IMG/VR virus record: IMGVR_UViG_3300019845_000023
Span: 69,058-122,050 of that record
DNA from: a virus
Lineage: Duplodnaviria > Heunggongvirae > Uroviricota > Caudoviricetes
Length of the DNA: 52,993 nucleotides
Strand: one strand, 5' to 3'
Under the pieces are notes generated by a model. It was not told the DNA's origin, made no database searches, and saw nothing but the letters and a program-made list of their open reading frames with translations. Each line of letters begins with the position of its first letter. The first letter of the stretch is position 1. Both the position numbers and the translations under genes were made by a program. Below, in pieces: positions 1 to 13,397 of the stretch.

Positions 1-1
1 C

Positions 2-232
2 GCCTCTATTTGCGAAGTATCCATAAGTCATACCCCACATCTTCTCATTTTTATTGACTAGCGGCACAGGAGTCTTTGCTGTAGGGAAGGGTTCCCAAGG
101 AAGTGCCGCCGAGATAAAAGGTGCACCGTCTGAATATCCGATATTAGGCCCACCGATATATGATGTTAATCCAGTCGCTCCATCGGTTCCATAGAACTAA
201 GGAGGATTTGGATATATCATTTCTGTACTCAT
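2..232 (-). CDS. 5' part of a gene running off the window edge; possibly glycoside-hydrolase-like (GH113-type N-terminus)
   Basis: GGGAGG RBS then ATG at 232; open to the window edge with one TAG (codon 12): MSTEMIYPNPP[Q]FYGTDG...KMWGMTYGYFANRG. Product call is weak. Confidence 0.6.
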
Positions 233-292
233 TTGCTATATCCCTCCCAAAAAATTTCACTATTTAAATAAGGTATCATACCTTATATTATA

Positions 293-321
293 ATATTAAC
301 ATAAATTTTGAAAAAAGTCAA
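293..321 (-). promoter_or_regulatory. σA-type promoter upstream of the gene starting at 232
   Basis: TTGACT-N17-TAATAT with TG before the -10; a perfect TATAAT lies 6 nt further downstream. Confidence 0.55.
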
Positions 322-324
322 ATA

Positions 325-1428
325 TTAAACTGGTTCGTTGTATATAAATTCTGTTAATGAATTGCCATTATAAATAACTTCTGTCATTTGATTTCCGTCA
401 TAATAAAATGGAACACCAGTTGGAGGTGGTGGCGGATTTTCTGGTATATCAAGCATAACTGGAATATACGGGAATCCGTTATTTCTGTTCGGGTCAATGT
501 GCCAATCTGTTGTTGCAGCTGAGTCAGTGCTGATTATGAAACCTTTGCTGTCAAGGTCGCTTTTGGACTTCATTTCTATTGTAGTTGCGCCAATTGTGCC
601 TGTAGGTAATGTACCGCTGTATTTATCAGTATTAACTAAGACGGAACTCATTTGTCCATAGTCCAAACGGAATCCGCCGGAAATATCGGCATTTATAACA
701 GTCTTTTGAAAAGTAGTAATATAAGAAAATCCAGCTATACCAGATACGTTACCTTCAATATAACAATAGTAAAAAGCACCATATAACTCATAATCATTGT
801 TTTCATAGGTTGCACGAATATTACAATATCTAATTCCAGCTTGCCAGTTCACTCCATTTGTAATCGAGCCGTCACCATTAAATGTTAGATTAAAACTACA
901 TACATCGATATATCCTAACATATATGTAACGTCAATTATAGCATTATATTCTTGACCAACAGAATATTTCTAAGCTGCTTCAAGACTACCTAAAAAACGA
1001 CAATACCTTATAAAAGTTCCACTACCAGAAGTTTGTGCTGAAGCCAATAATGCCACCGAAGCTCTCTATGAAGTATTTCCAGTCATATGTGCTGCAACAC
1101 CATTAGAATCGACTATGAAATCAATGAAATCAAGATATTCAACTCGACCACTGGCTTCATGTCCAGAAATTATAAATCCATAGTAGCTATAAGTGCCTGA
1201 AGTATTAGTAACTTTGGCATTTTTTATCTACCAGCCATTACCGTTGATAAATCCACGCAGCGGTATGTTATGCACTTCTCCATCTGTGTAGTAGTCACGC
1301 ATATCAAATACGCCGCCACCCTCTGGTAATTCAGTATACTTATTATCTGCTGTGGTGCATTGTAGAAATTCTTCCCAAGTCGTAGGCTTGTAAGGGTCTG
1401 CAGATGTGCCGCTGCCCGTTATCGCCAT
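325..1428 (-). CDS. Putative virion/tail protein, 367 aa (GSGT.DPY GLUG-like start, Pro-rich C-terminal linker)
   Basis: ORFs 1228-1428 and 325-921 are in one frame joined by 3 TAG (1228, 1066, 970); ends TAA; start overlaps the upstream TAA (TAATG). Confidence 0.8.
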
Positions 1429-4400
1429 TAATTTCCACCTCCATCGACAAAGTACATAATACCAGGTTCAGTTGCTTCAGAAGCAGACTAAACAACTTGA
1501 ATTGGAATTTGAGTTAATAATGCTTTGAGTGCTTCAAGCTATTTGAAACTAAATGATATTTCTTCATTAGTATTTGGATTACTTAAAGTAATACCACTTT
1601 CACCGCCTACCACTTCTGCTTTAATTCTAATACCATTATATAATCTAAATTCTGAATCATCAGTAATTTCTACAATAGGATTATTAGCATAGCTATTCAA
1701 GTGAGCATTACTATTATAGTAATATCTATATACTATTGTAATAGAATCGTTAGAATTTAAAATAATACTCTCATACTGGTCAACAATCTATCCACTTAAG
1801 AAAGTTTCAAAATCAGCATAGTCAGCACCTGCTTCAAACTGTTTAATAAATTCATATTTATCAGTTAAATCATAAGTCTCAGTAGGAGTAAAAGTATAGC
1901 TCAAATGAGAATATGCTCCTTGGCTCCAACCTTCTCTAAGTACACAGTTAACAGGTCCGTATGCCTGAATAATTGGAGACTAATCCCAAGTCTCAGTACC
2001 AACTCTATCTGCTGTTTGAATTGGACGATACCATTCTTTACCTAAATGTTGTGCCGCGCCCTAATATACAGAAGTTGTTGCTACTTTGTATCTTGGATGT
2101 TCTGCCGCATCATAGGTTCCTGTTTCTGCATTAGAGAAATCATAAGCTCCTACATTATAAGGTTTAGAAGAACTCTGATTTAAGAAGGTTTGAATATCTT
2201 CTGGTAAATCAGCATAAGGAGTATTAGGATAATTAAGTTTGTAATCAGTAGTATTATTTACAGTATTTTTAACTAAATAACTGTCGTATTCTGCAATAAA
2301 ATTCTTTACCTTATAATAATAGTATCCATATCTTTGCTGATAATAAGTAACTGTACAATTAGTTCCAGCAACAACTCGGTCACATTTAAAAGCATTTCTA
2401 AAGAATGCTTGTACTTTACTATTATTAAAGAAAGTGCTTGCGCTGGTTGATATATATGAATCAATATAAACTGTATATTCAGAAGAAACTAAATCTTTAA
2501 CATTTTTAACTTCAAGTGACTCAATGTACTCATATAAGCTAACTTCAGACCAAGAAGTGTAAGCATTTTTTAATACTATCTGATAATTACTATTATCTTC
2601 TCCTCCTACTATATTACGGACTCCCTTCTTAATGCCTGCTTCCGCACCGCTCATATTAGAAGAGCCTATATATTTATAAATATAATCCTTTTTATCAGTA
2701 ACAGTATGAGTTTTTGTAATTGTTATATTAGTAATATCCAAATAATATGAACCTAAATAATAACGATATGTTGTAGAACTACCAGAATAACGTGATAATT
2801 GAGCATCTGATTTAAGGGTAAGAGCAAAATTATTTCCGTATCCAAAAGTATCTCTTATCCAGTCTTTAAATTCTTGTGACTATACTAATGTACTTTCCGT
2901 ATAATAAGTATTAGAATTAAAATACTAAGTTGTATTCCAGTTAATTATTTTAACATTATTAATTGTTAAAGTTTCTGTATATTTTATTGGAAGTTTTGTT
3001 TTAGATGTTCCAGTAAATCTATTCCAAGTGTAATCATCATTATGAGGGTCGCCATTTGGTAGAGTAGTTGCATTTTTTAATTCAGTCGCAAATTGAGTTT
3101 CAATATCAGAAGTTGACATATTGCTTAAATCAGTATCAACAACAATTTCGCCCTAAACAGAAATTTCCTTAGTTGTTTCATACATTTTTGGATAATGCTC
3201 ATATTTAGTTCTACTATACTTTTCAGCTACAGGATTGACTTCGCTATTTCTTAAAATTACAGTACCGCTCCAAGACTCTAAATGAGTATTGCCGTCAATC
3301 TAAATAAAAGAATCATTACCTTCAAATATTCCCTTAAATCTATCCCATTGACAAATAATCTCACTATGTTTTGGTTCTACTGTTAAACCAAAAGCATACT
3401 TAGGGTCAAATTTAATTGCTGTAGTTCCACTTGGTTCAAAAAAGATAGAAGTCTCTGCAGAACTATCTGGACCAAATCGGAAATATGTACTACTTCCGTC
3501 ATTAGGAACAATGTCTCCAATAAGTTTAGAATTTCCTCCAATTCCATATTTAATTTGAGTTGTACTATTTCCACCACAAGAAGCTACAATACCAATAGTA
3601 GAACTATCTCTTGTTGCTAATTGCATACCCAATCTACCTGATTCTGAAGAACAGATATGCATACTAACAGGTCCTTCATAAGCAACTAAAGGATAACCTA
3701 TATACTTTTTCATTATATTTAAATCATCAAACTTAGTATTTATACTACAATGAGGATGGTCATAATCAAAAGTTCCAATCTAACTATGTTCAATACAGTT
3801 AGCTCTTGTACTATAATCTACCCAACTACCATTAAAGAAAATATTTGAACTACCATCCCATCCATCATGGTCTTTTCCATTAGTAATGGCACCACTACCA
3901 AAAACCATCTGTCCTCTATCGACAGAAACACAAGCAGGAAATTCTTCAGTACCTCTCATTCTTACCATAGACCCTGGATGAATATAAACTTGGGTTCTGT
4001 AACCTTCCTATAATTTAATTCCATGATTAGTATCGTGATATCCATTAGAATACTGACCACCATTAATATGAATATCAGCATTACCAGATAAAATTGCTGT
4101 CGCATTATTTCTCATTTGTAAAGTAGCTCTTTCATAAATAGAAACTGTTGCTCCGTCATGAATTTGGAGTATAGGAGAATTATCATTATCTCTGCCACTA
4201 AAAGGATTAATATACTTTCTAATATCTTCTCTGTCGGGATGAGCCTATCCAAGCCAATAATTAGGTCCTGGATTAGCATACATATCAATTAAACAGTTAC
4301 CTCTCATTGAAATAGCCGGAGTGCTACGAGGGTCTGCTCCGCCAAGCATTTCAATTTTTGCAGTTCCTTTAATTTTAATAGTAGGGCTTGTCAAAGTTTC

Positions 4401-4979
4401 TTCAAAGTCTTCTCCGCCCCACCATTTTATACCACTATATACAGTTTCTTTTGTGCCTATTTCAATTTTTGAGTCTCCATAAATTTTAGCTATAGCAGAA
4501 TCTGCACTGCTAAAACCATTTTTTAAATAGGTAATTGGATAATTAAACACGCCCTAAGTTGAGGCAGGTTTTATTGTACCAAAAGCGGTTTCAAATGGAG
4601 GTCCTTCAATCATTCCAATTCCGAAATAAGTTGGTGAAGGAGTTACTCCACCTGTCACAGGAGTTATATTATTATCTTTCCAAAATGGCATACTATAAAG
4701 ATTACAGTCATTTCCTTTTGCCCATTCTTTAGGTTCAACATTTCCAGTTCCAGTAAGTAACTGAGAGTAGCTTGCCTTAATCGGAGGAACATCTGCTCCG
4801 AGTGGATAAAACCGCTCAGTTTCAATGTCATAGCGATAAGGGATATTTGTTTCTTCGACTATATATAAATGGTTCTCTTTCTTATCGGTTAAATCGAAAA
4901 GGTCTTCATAGGCATAGACAGTAGTTACGTCATCTTCTGCTGCACCGAAAGGAATCCCATTACGAAATATAATTCCCAT
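1428..4979 (-). CDS. Large putative tail fibre/receptor-binding protein, 1183 aa
   Basis: Six track ORFs (4554-4979, 4245-4550, 3780-3968, 3300-3713, 2925-3119, 2061-2741) share one frame; 13 TAG, no TAA/TGA until 1428; GGAGG RBS; paralogous to 5057-7186. Confidence 0.85.
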
Positions 4980-5001
4980 TTATTATGACCTCCTATCATA
5001 G

Positions 5002-5036
5002 TGTGCCGCCCCTCAGATTTTTAGAAGGGCGGCGCA
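5002..5036. other. GC-rich intergenic hairpin (terminator or RNA-stability element)
   Basis: tgtgccgccc-N15-gggcggcgca between the two paralogous genes; no clear U-tract on the coding strand. Confidence 0.4.
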
Positions 5037-5056
5037 TTTAATTTATATTATTCTCT

Positions 5057-7186
5057 TTAAGTTTGTGGATGAATTATATTATATAAAGCCTATAAATCTG
5101 CCATACTAAAAGTAACGTCAGTAGTACCATCGCTAAATGTAAATTCAACCTCTGATGTTCCCTATTCAGCTTTAATCGTTGCGCCATCACGAAGACGAAG
5201 TTCTGACTCACCATACATTTCAAATACAGGAGCATGAGTAGATGTAGCTGAAGCAAGTCTTGGAATATCATTTGTAAATTTATATCTAATATGAACGATA
5301 TAACTACTATTATTACTTTCATTATTTATAGTATATGATATTAAAGTTCTATTATATGTAGCAAGTTCATCTAAAAAGTCTTGATATTTAGTAGAAGCCT
5401 CAAAATCTGATTTTGACATTGTTGTATTATTTGTAAAACTATATTCTCCAGTATACTCTCTTGAAATATCTGCCGCCATTGCAAAGTTAGATTCATCATA
5501 CATCTAAAAGACAGGTTCAGAATCATTCTATACAAATACAGTCCAATCTCTTCCTAAATGTGAATTGCTTGGGTGGCCACCATAAATGATATTTTCATTT
5601 GCAGGAGTTGTGGTTCTCATTATAAATGAGCCACCATGTAATTCGCTATGGAAACTTCCTGATGTTTGAATATAAGCATTATCTCCTTCAATTAAAGCAT
5701 CTAATGCACTCCATTGGCAAGTTATTTCAGTCGCTACATTTGGAGTAAAAGATATAGCACAGCTACCCTTTGGTGAGTAATTAATACTTGAAACACCATT
5801 TGGACAATAGTTAAAAACTGTATTACTACTGCCGGCTGGTTCAATGTTGTAAGCTGCGACAGCATTTTTGCCGTGACACATATTAAACATTACTATTGCG
5901 CCGCTATCTGTACCAATCTTAATATCTTCATAACCATATCCACTCCAGTCAATGGATGTATAAGCACCGCCACTTGGAGCTATTTTTGCAGCTAAATATC
6001 CGCTATCACCAATTGATAAATGAGTTTTACCCATGATATTTAATGTAGGCTAAAAAAGTTTTGGCATTAAAGTAGAAGGAAGACTACCTGGGCTAACACT
6101 GGAATTATAAATAAAATTACGATGATTATATAATCTATAGGAAAAACTAATTATACGACTACTTAAAGTGGCACCAAAATCATGGTCACTTGAATTATAA
6201 TCATAAATTCCATTATGAATACCATGCTATGCAGTTATTAAAAGTTTACCAGGACCGTCTCCACTGCTACTACTTTCAAGAGCAATCATTGGTCCATATT
6301 CGCCGCCATAGGTACCTGTTGACCTTGTCATTCTAATCATTGCGCCCGGTTCCATATATAAACCAGTTCTTATTTGACCAGAATTAATCTGTTTACCATT
6401 AAGGTCAGTTAATGCTCCACCACGGATAACAACATCTGCATTACCAGCCATTTCAAGACCCGCACTGTCTGCCATTTTAATAATAGAAGCGCCTTCCATT
6501 ATAACCGTACTTGAATTTGACATATGGAAATATGGAAAAATTTCTGCATCACTTAAACGAGTATAGTTACTACCATAAGGAGAGTAACCTTGATAGGCAT
6601 AATAAGCAACTTCAGACAGACATTTGTCACCAGAGCTATGCCTTGGTAAAGCGCGAGTATAGGTCTTCTAATTATTATGGTCCTAATAGGCATACATTTC
6701 AAAAATACCGGCTCCAAGCATTGAGATGACAGGAGAACTTCCTTCTCTTTTCATCATCTATAGTAATGGAGAACCATACATAAAGAACTTGGCATTATTT
6801 TTATTTTCGCCCCAATATAATTCTGAAACATCAGTTGTACTTCCTATTTCTATTGCTGTCATAGAAGTTTTCAATTTTGCAATGGATGAAACAGCGCCAG
6901 GACTTCCTATTGTCTCTGCAAACCAAAAGCTATGAGGCTTTACTCCACCTTCTCCGTCACCTATTACTATTTCATTCTCATCTGCCGCGATATTAAAAGT
7001 TGCAGACAAAGGAACAAACTCTCTGTTCTCAACATCCCAATAATACTCAGTATTATCAGAAGTAGTAACATATAAATGATTTGTTTCTTTATTTGGCAGA
7101 TTAGTTAAATCCTCAAAATTAGTTACAATAGTAACATCTTCTTTCGCCGCCCCAAAAGGTCTACCATTTCTAAATATAACTCCCAT
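5057..7186 (-). CDS. Putative tail fibre/receptor-binding protein, 709 aa, paralog of 1428-4979
   Basis: ORFs 6758-7186, 6227-6523, 5528-6034 and 5162-5503 are in frame; 8 TAG; ends TAA at 5057. Confidence 0.85.
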
Positions 7187-7443
7187 TAAGTATCAACCTC
7201 CTCTTCTGCATCAGGGTCGAATTCGGGGTGGTCTTCCTAATAAGCTGCGACAAGTTTATCATACTTAGTCATTAATTCATTTACTTTGTTAAGTAAATAT
7301 TCAACAGCATCAGAAAACTCTATATCTGTAACAAAGAATATTTGGTCTTTGTACTAATTCATAAAGTCTGGCTGTTCAGCGAGAGCAACATAATCATCCC
7401 AGGTTATGTCCTACTCATGCATTTTACGCTGTTCATTTGCCAT
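7186..7443 (-). CDS. Hypothetical acidic protein, 85 aa (absent from ORF track)
   Basis: GGAGGTG RBS; MANEQRKMHE[Q]DITWDDYVAL...EEEVDT*; 3 TAG; TAATG overlap with the next gene. Confidence 0.75.
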
Positions 7444-7526
7444 TTCCTTTGCACCTCCGTACAATTTGTTTTCTACATAATAAAGTAGAGATTTGAGTCG
7501 AAACGTCTAATCCTTTACTTATTGAT

Positions 7527-7555
7527 ATTATAGCATAAAAATAGAGAGAAGTCAA
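7527..7555 (-). promoter_or_regulatory. σA-type promoter embedded in the terminator hairpin
   Basis: TTGACT-N17-TATAAT with TG extension on the minus strand; the -35 is one arm of the 7543-7571 hairpin. Confidence 0.8.
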
Positions 7556-7575
7556 GTGTTGACTTCTCTCTTTTT
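7537..7575. terminator. Bidirectional intrinsic terminator
   Basis: 13-bp perfect stem AGAGAGAAGTCAA-gtg-TTGACTTCTCTCT with an A-tract before and a T-tract after. Confidence 0.85.
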
Positions 7576-7579
7576 AATA

Positions 7580-10500
7580 TTAGCTTATATGCTTATCTAT
7601 TCTTGTAATTGTAAGAGCTTCTGTTGGTATATTTGTTGCTTTCCAAGCTGAAGATTGACGTCCAGAGCTCTCATTTGGCCATAAGAATGTATATGGAGAA
7701 TTAGCAATTTTCTTTCCATAGAACATTGGATAATGGAAGTCACAATCTCCATTTGGATTGTCCCAATTATGTCCATTATGGTCTACGTTGCCTTTTCCAG
7801 TAGGCATATCTGCCGCCGCACCAATGATAATATAACCAATAGGAGGACGATTAAATATCCACTCTCCATTACTTACCCAGCAATTATCTATATTATGAGC
7901 TAAATATCTTGCTTCTGTTGAACTTGTTGCAACGTCTTTGGCTATTTCTCCCCAGTTGAATAATATAAAAGCAGTATGACTTAAATCAGCATAAACATCT
8001 TTTTCATAGCTATCATTTTGAGCTTCATAGTCATAACAAATTGGTATAATAAATACCTAACGAGCATGACGTACATTAGAAACAAATGCGTCTCCATAAT
8101 CGGCAATATCAGTCATTACACAAGGTTCTAAAGCCGGATTTACTCTATTTGGATACTAAGCTAATGCAAATGCATTACCATAAATTAATCCAATTGACTC
8201 AATAAAAGCATTAATTTTAGCCATACCTCTTACTTCATTATTTACATCTATTAAGTCTGTCATATAAGAAGTAGCAACTCTTCCACTTGATGCATCGCCA
8301 TTTATATTAATAAAATTAGTGAATAATCCTTGAGTATACCAACCACCAGTTACAGTATAAGATTGTCCATCCCAAGTATAAGTTTGGGCTGCTACTGCGT
8401 TAAGAGGAATAGTTCCATCCTTTACCCCTGAACTTAAAGTTAATCTTCTTGTTCCTTTTAATCCTCCATATCCACTATTTACAGTATCTATAAGATAACG
8501 GAATTGACTTTCATATCCTACACTTGGGTCTTGGTTAGCAGCTGAAGACCAGCACATTCCAGTATTATTGATTCCTTGTGAAATTCTGCCTTGAATCAAT
8601 CCATTTGGACGTGCGCCACCAGAAGTAACATATGTCATTGAGCCACTACTACCAGTTTCTCCAGCTATTGTAAGATAAGAATAGCAGCCAAGACCTGAAC
8701 GGACAATTGTTGTGCTTGCACTTTCACTAACTTCTTTCAGCTCTCCTGTACAAGGTGCTGTTAAAGACTCTGTTGGTTTAAGCATATTTGAAAGCTAAAT
8801 TAAATCTCTATATTTTTCTCCTGATTTATCTGTTAAACTTGGCTATAAATATTGAATACCTATTCCAGTTTTTCTTCCATAAACAGTATCCTTAAGAACA
8901 AAGCTTGGAGAATAACGATATGTCGCTCTTGAGCAACATTCAAGATGCAAATTTAATGGCTAATAATTAGTATAATCACTAACACCGCCAGGCAATGAAC
9001 CATCAATACCTTTAACATATGCCTTATCTGTATTAACTTTAGATGGGTCAAAATTAATCATTATTAATTCTAATTCTGCAACAGAATTATTAGGCATAGC
9101 AAGAACCTTAGTCGCATCATACTTATAAGTAGCTCTACCGCTACTTTTGTTAGAGATAATTATTTCTGCCAAACTAAATTCATTAGAACCAGCTTCTCTA
9201 TAATAAGCATAATAAGTTGGATTATACATAATTATATTTAAATCTTTAATAAATTCAAAATCTGCTCCATTTGCTACCATATTATCTAATGTTTTCAAAT
9301 ACCATCCATCTCTTGTAGAACCAGTATTTGCACTTGAAGCATCTACAGAAATATTATAGAAAAATGGATGTACCATTTTCTTTCCCTATATCTGTGATTT
9401 TGAAGTTGGGTTATCAGCAACATCAAAAGCAACTGTTGATTGATATAAATCCCATAAATTTAAAGATGTTGTACTATTATTTTGGCCGCCATTTGGATAT
9501 GCGCCAGTTTTATTCCAAGAAGAACAAAATGACTCCCAATCAGTATAGTCCAATTCTCTACTATAATTACTTAAATTATTATAAATTGGTACTTTAATTT
9601 GTCTTGCTCCACTACCTTTCTAAATATTAACATAAAGATTTGTTAAAGTATATCCCTGGCACATTGAAGCAAATTTATCTCCAACAAGTTTTACCTAAGT
9701 CTGTCCATCAAGACCAAGTAACAAATTAATCAAATTTACTTCACTGGTAATTTTATTAAGTTGTTTAATAATAGTATTGATAGCATCTACAATACCATCA
9801 TCTCTCCAAACAGCCTCAACTAAAGCGTCGCAAACCTATCCAAGAACCCAAAAATTCTTATCTAAATCTTCTACTTCCACTCTACGAGAGTAGCGAGGCA
9901 TAAGTAAATTCAAATAACTACTGAGTTTAGATAGTCTATTTGAAGGGAAAATACCTGTCTCTTTAACATATGCAATAAAATCTTCTTTAGTTACATATGC
10001 TTTTTGAGTTTCATTTCTTTTATTAATCTAATCTACAATAACCAAAATTTTTGTAGATAGTCTTGCGTCTATTAAAATTCCACCATCATAATGGACGGTA
10101 TCCGCTTTATTTACAAAGTCAGTAGCACATTCAGTAAGAGTCTTTCCCTAAGCATTAAAATAACAAGTATATTCTTCTCTTTCAGGCTATGGAGTACCAC
10201 TTTCTGGATAATATGATGTATCAAAACAACCTAAGTATAATGTTCCATTTGTTCTCTTAACAATAGGAATGGACTAAGAGTGATAATTTATTGAACCATC
10301 TACATAATCTAATAAGACATCATGTCTTCCTTCATTTTCATCCCATATGCGGTCAACTACAGTAGCTATTGAATTGTTCCACTTAACAGGGTCTAATTCT
10401 GTAATTTCCTGTATATCTCCATATTCAAAAACTCTATTGAAAAATCCAACTGGCTAAGTAGCAGAACCTGTTGAATAAACAGCATACATAGCGAGACTAA

Positions 10501-10942
10501 TTCTTGCATCATCTATACCAAGAACGCCATCATTACCGAAATCAAGTAAATCATAAAGCTGTTCGAGAGTAAGATTACCAACAAGGTATTCATCTTCAGG
10601 AATGTCGCCACCTTCTTCAAGAATTTTATTAGTAAAGTCCATATTCTTGATATGCATCGGAATCTCATCGTGGCGTGCTTCTCTATACTCAAGTCCAAGT
10701 TTATTAATTAAAGGTCTTGGATTCAAATAGTCTGGTAGTGTTCCTGTTGCATCAGCCTACAAAAGAGTTCTTCTATACTAATCATCGAAAAGAGCTCTAC
10801 TACCACCTATAGTATTATCACCATTTTTAGTTTCGTCTATGTATAAATTAGTAGTAAGCTAATCAATTATACTATCCCAATCTATCATACCATTCGCATC
10901 TTTTTCAAGAAGGGTAGGCTCTAATATAATATCTTTACTCAT
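7580..10942 (-). CDS. Large putative tail/structural protein, 1120 aa
   Basis: ORFs 10454-10726, 8960-9376, 8156-8785 and 7580-7807 are in frame; nearly all intervening sequence read codon by codon shows only TAG, no TAA/TGA; start overlaps the holin stop. Confidence 0.8.
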
Positions 10943-11258
10943 CTTCTTCCTCCTCCTTCTTTCCTATCACCCTTTCCCAAATCTTCTTTAGGGAATCAAA
11001 GCCATTCATACTAATGAACGCAATAATAAAACCATTAAGAACACTTGCCGCGATAGTAGCAAAACTAATAACAACGCCAGGTGCAAGGAATGGAATTATA
11101 ACAGCAATGATTAGAGCAATAATTAATGTTAATATCTAAGTAGGGAATTTCTTAGGTACTACATTTTTCATAACTTCAACTATAATCATAGTCAAAAATG
11201 CCATAGCACTTATTGAGCCTAAAGTTCCTAAACCTAAAGCTGCAAAAATACTCTCCAT
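10935..11258 (-). CDS. Holin, 107 aa (absent from ORF track)
   Basis: GGAGG RBS; about three hydrophobic segments, a KFPT[Q] linker and a highly charged tail (KKIWERVIGKKEEEEDE); directly downstream of the endolysin; one TAG at codon 41. Confidence 0.8.
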
Positions 11259-11304
11259 TGTTATCCCTCCTTTAAATTAAGGGGAGGTTTAACTCTCCCC
11301 TTTA

Positions 11305-12540
11305 TTATTTCTTAACAATTTTCATTTGAAGTTTATCAATCTTTCTACCATAGATACCTGCATAATCCTAAGTTCCAATTACCCAAGGTAAATAAGGACC
11401 GCCAACAGTAGATACTCTATACTGAACTTCATATCCATTGACGCCAGTGAGATATGCCTGAACTCCGTCAATCATATAAGCAGGAAGTCCTGCATAACCA
11501 TTATACCAGTCATTAGCATTATACTTAGTTATCCAACCAAGCCAGCCGCCACCAATAATGTGAACACGATAATGGAGAACTCCTTCTGAAGCTTTCGCCA
11601 TTAAACATCTTATTGGAGCATAATTAATACCAGCATATCCCATATCATTTGAATCATTACAATTCTTTATTTCTCCAAGCCAAGAATTTGTACGGACTTT
11701 ATAAATTACATCAATCTACTTCTTAGCTGGTGCAGCAGGAGTTGCTGGTTTAGCCGGAGTTGTTGGAGTAGGAGCTGGAGTAGCTGTTGGATATACAGCT
11801 TCACCTTTACTATTATAAATAGTATAACCTTCCTTCCAAGCTTTTTTAGCATTATCAAGAGAAGTATAAGCTCCAATCTAAGACTTAGTATCTGCCCAAC
11901 TCTTACGAATACGGTACATTTCAGATGTTGATGGAGTTGTGCCGCCCTTCAACTTATTCAACTCTGCTATACAATTAGCTTTAAAAGTTGCCCAGTGAGG
12001 GAGGATATAAATTGGACACCACTTGTATGGGTGCTTGCGAGTATTAAGATAATCGTTGCTTCCAGTAACACCATCACGAACATTAAGCCAATGAGTATGA
12101 GTGAAAAGATTATCTTCAACATTGAGATTATATTTGTTAAGTAAATAAGCTACTAACTTCGCACAGTTAGCTTCTGCCTTTGCAGAATTTCCGATTACTT
12201 CTATAGCAATAGTTTTTCTATTACCATTACCGCCGCCGTCAGCTGCGTGCCAACCACTTAAAGTAAGAGGGAGGCCCTACCAAGCACAATAATCATCAAC
12301 GTAGAAATGAACTCTTACGTCATTCATATTGCCGTTAACTGTTGCACGAGTATACTACTCTGCAGGAGTAGTATTTGAAGCTACTGAAATAGCCTCAGTA
12401 TTATGAACAGTAACGCCCAACGGAACAGCAGGAAGATTATAACCCGGCATATCAATACCATAAGGATTATGGTTTGTTAAAAGATATTCATAGACCTTTA
12501 ACCCATTCCAAGTAAAGGTTTTATCCGGTGTAAGTGGCAT
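11305..12540 (-). CDS. Endolysin: N-acetylmuramoyl-L-alanine amidase (Amidase_2 type) with Pro/Ala linker and C-terminal putative cell-wall-binding region, 411 aa
   Basis: Motifs VTVHNT, HFYVD..AW[Q]GLP, GWHAADG, TIAIE, FTHTHW, KWCP; 5 in-frame TAG (12355, 12277, 11878, 11716, 11368); ends TAA. Confidence 0.9.
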
Positions 12541-12591
12541 TATATCAACCTCCTTTATAGGAATAATCCTATTATTTCCTCTTATAAGTAG

Positions 12592-12627
12592 AAAAAGTCA
12601 CAAGGACTTATAATAAATCCCTGTGAC
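12592..12627 (-). terminator. Intrinsic terminator upstream of the endolysin
   Basis: GTCACAGGGA-N11-TCCTTGTGAC followed by TTTTT on the minus strand. Confidence 0.65.
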
Positions 12628-12701
12628 CTCTCTGTATATATAACTATTAATTGCAAAGCGGTTGAAGGGGCGCCGCCTGAGCCAGAGCAATTATATAGTT
12701 T

Positions 12702-13385
12702 TTAATAAGTTCTGAACTGTAGCTTATAAATTGAAGGTGTTGCATTATTTTGGCTTGAAGATGTTTCAATACCAACGAGATACTTACCAGAGTTTGGAAG
12801 TTCTCCGAGCATTATACCCTCAATATCATTTTGACTTGCTGTTCCATTATGAACAAAAGACATTGTGTATACTCCATTCTCTGCACCATTCATATGGTCG
12901 AGGAGCATTGAAATATACTAAGCGGTTGTTTTATTCTAATCATATGGGATAAGATGAACTTTAACTTCTGTACTTGTCCAGTCTCCTTCTGAAAGAGCAC
13001 AGGTTGAAATAACACGGTCTGAAGCAAAGTCAAGAACACGATTAATGAACATTGCTTTTACAGGAGTTAAAAAGTTCTAATTGTTATCTCTTGCTTGTGG
13101 CTGGAAATTAAGACCAGAATGGAAACCAGTCGCACCATTGATAAGGCACATCTTACCATTATTAGTAGTGTCTAAAATTATCCACTCGTAAGAATCAACG
13201 TAGACATTATCCCAATAATACTGAATAACATGAAAGTCATTGTTTGGGTCAATAACATAAGTATATTGACCCAAAGTATCAAGCATTTCCTATACGGTTA
13301 AATCTCCTGACATAAGTGTCTCAGGGATTTGAGAAATGACTTTAATCTGAGCACCGCCCTGCGGCATATGTAAAATTCCACTCAT
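12702..13385 (-). CDS. Hypothetical (putative tail-associated) protein, 227 aa
   Basis: GGAGTG RBS; ORFs 13077-13286 and 12702-12908 are in frame, joined by 4 TAG; ends TAA. Confidence 0.75.
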
Positions 13386-13397
13386 TTAAATCACTCC

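Noticed and set aside
1428-7186. Diversity-generating retroelement acting on the fibre genes
   Set aside because: No reverse transcriptase and no near-identical template/variable repeat pair differing at adenines in this window
7470-7520. GGATTAGACGTTTCGAC leader resembling a tmRNA 5' end
   Set aside because: Too short, no matching 3' acceptor/T-arm, and an RBS with a coding gene follows within about 50 nt
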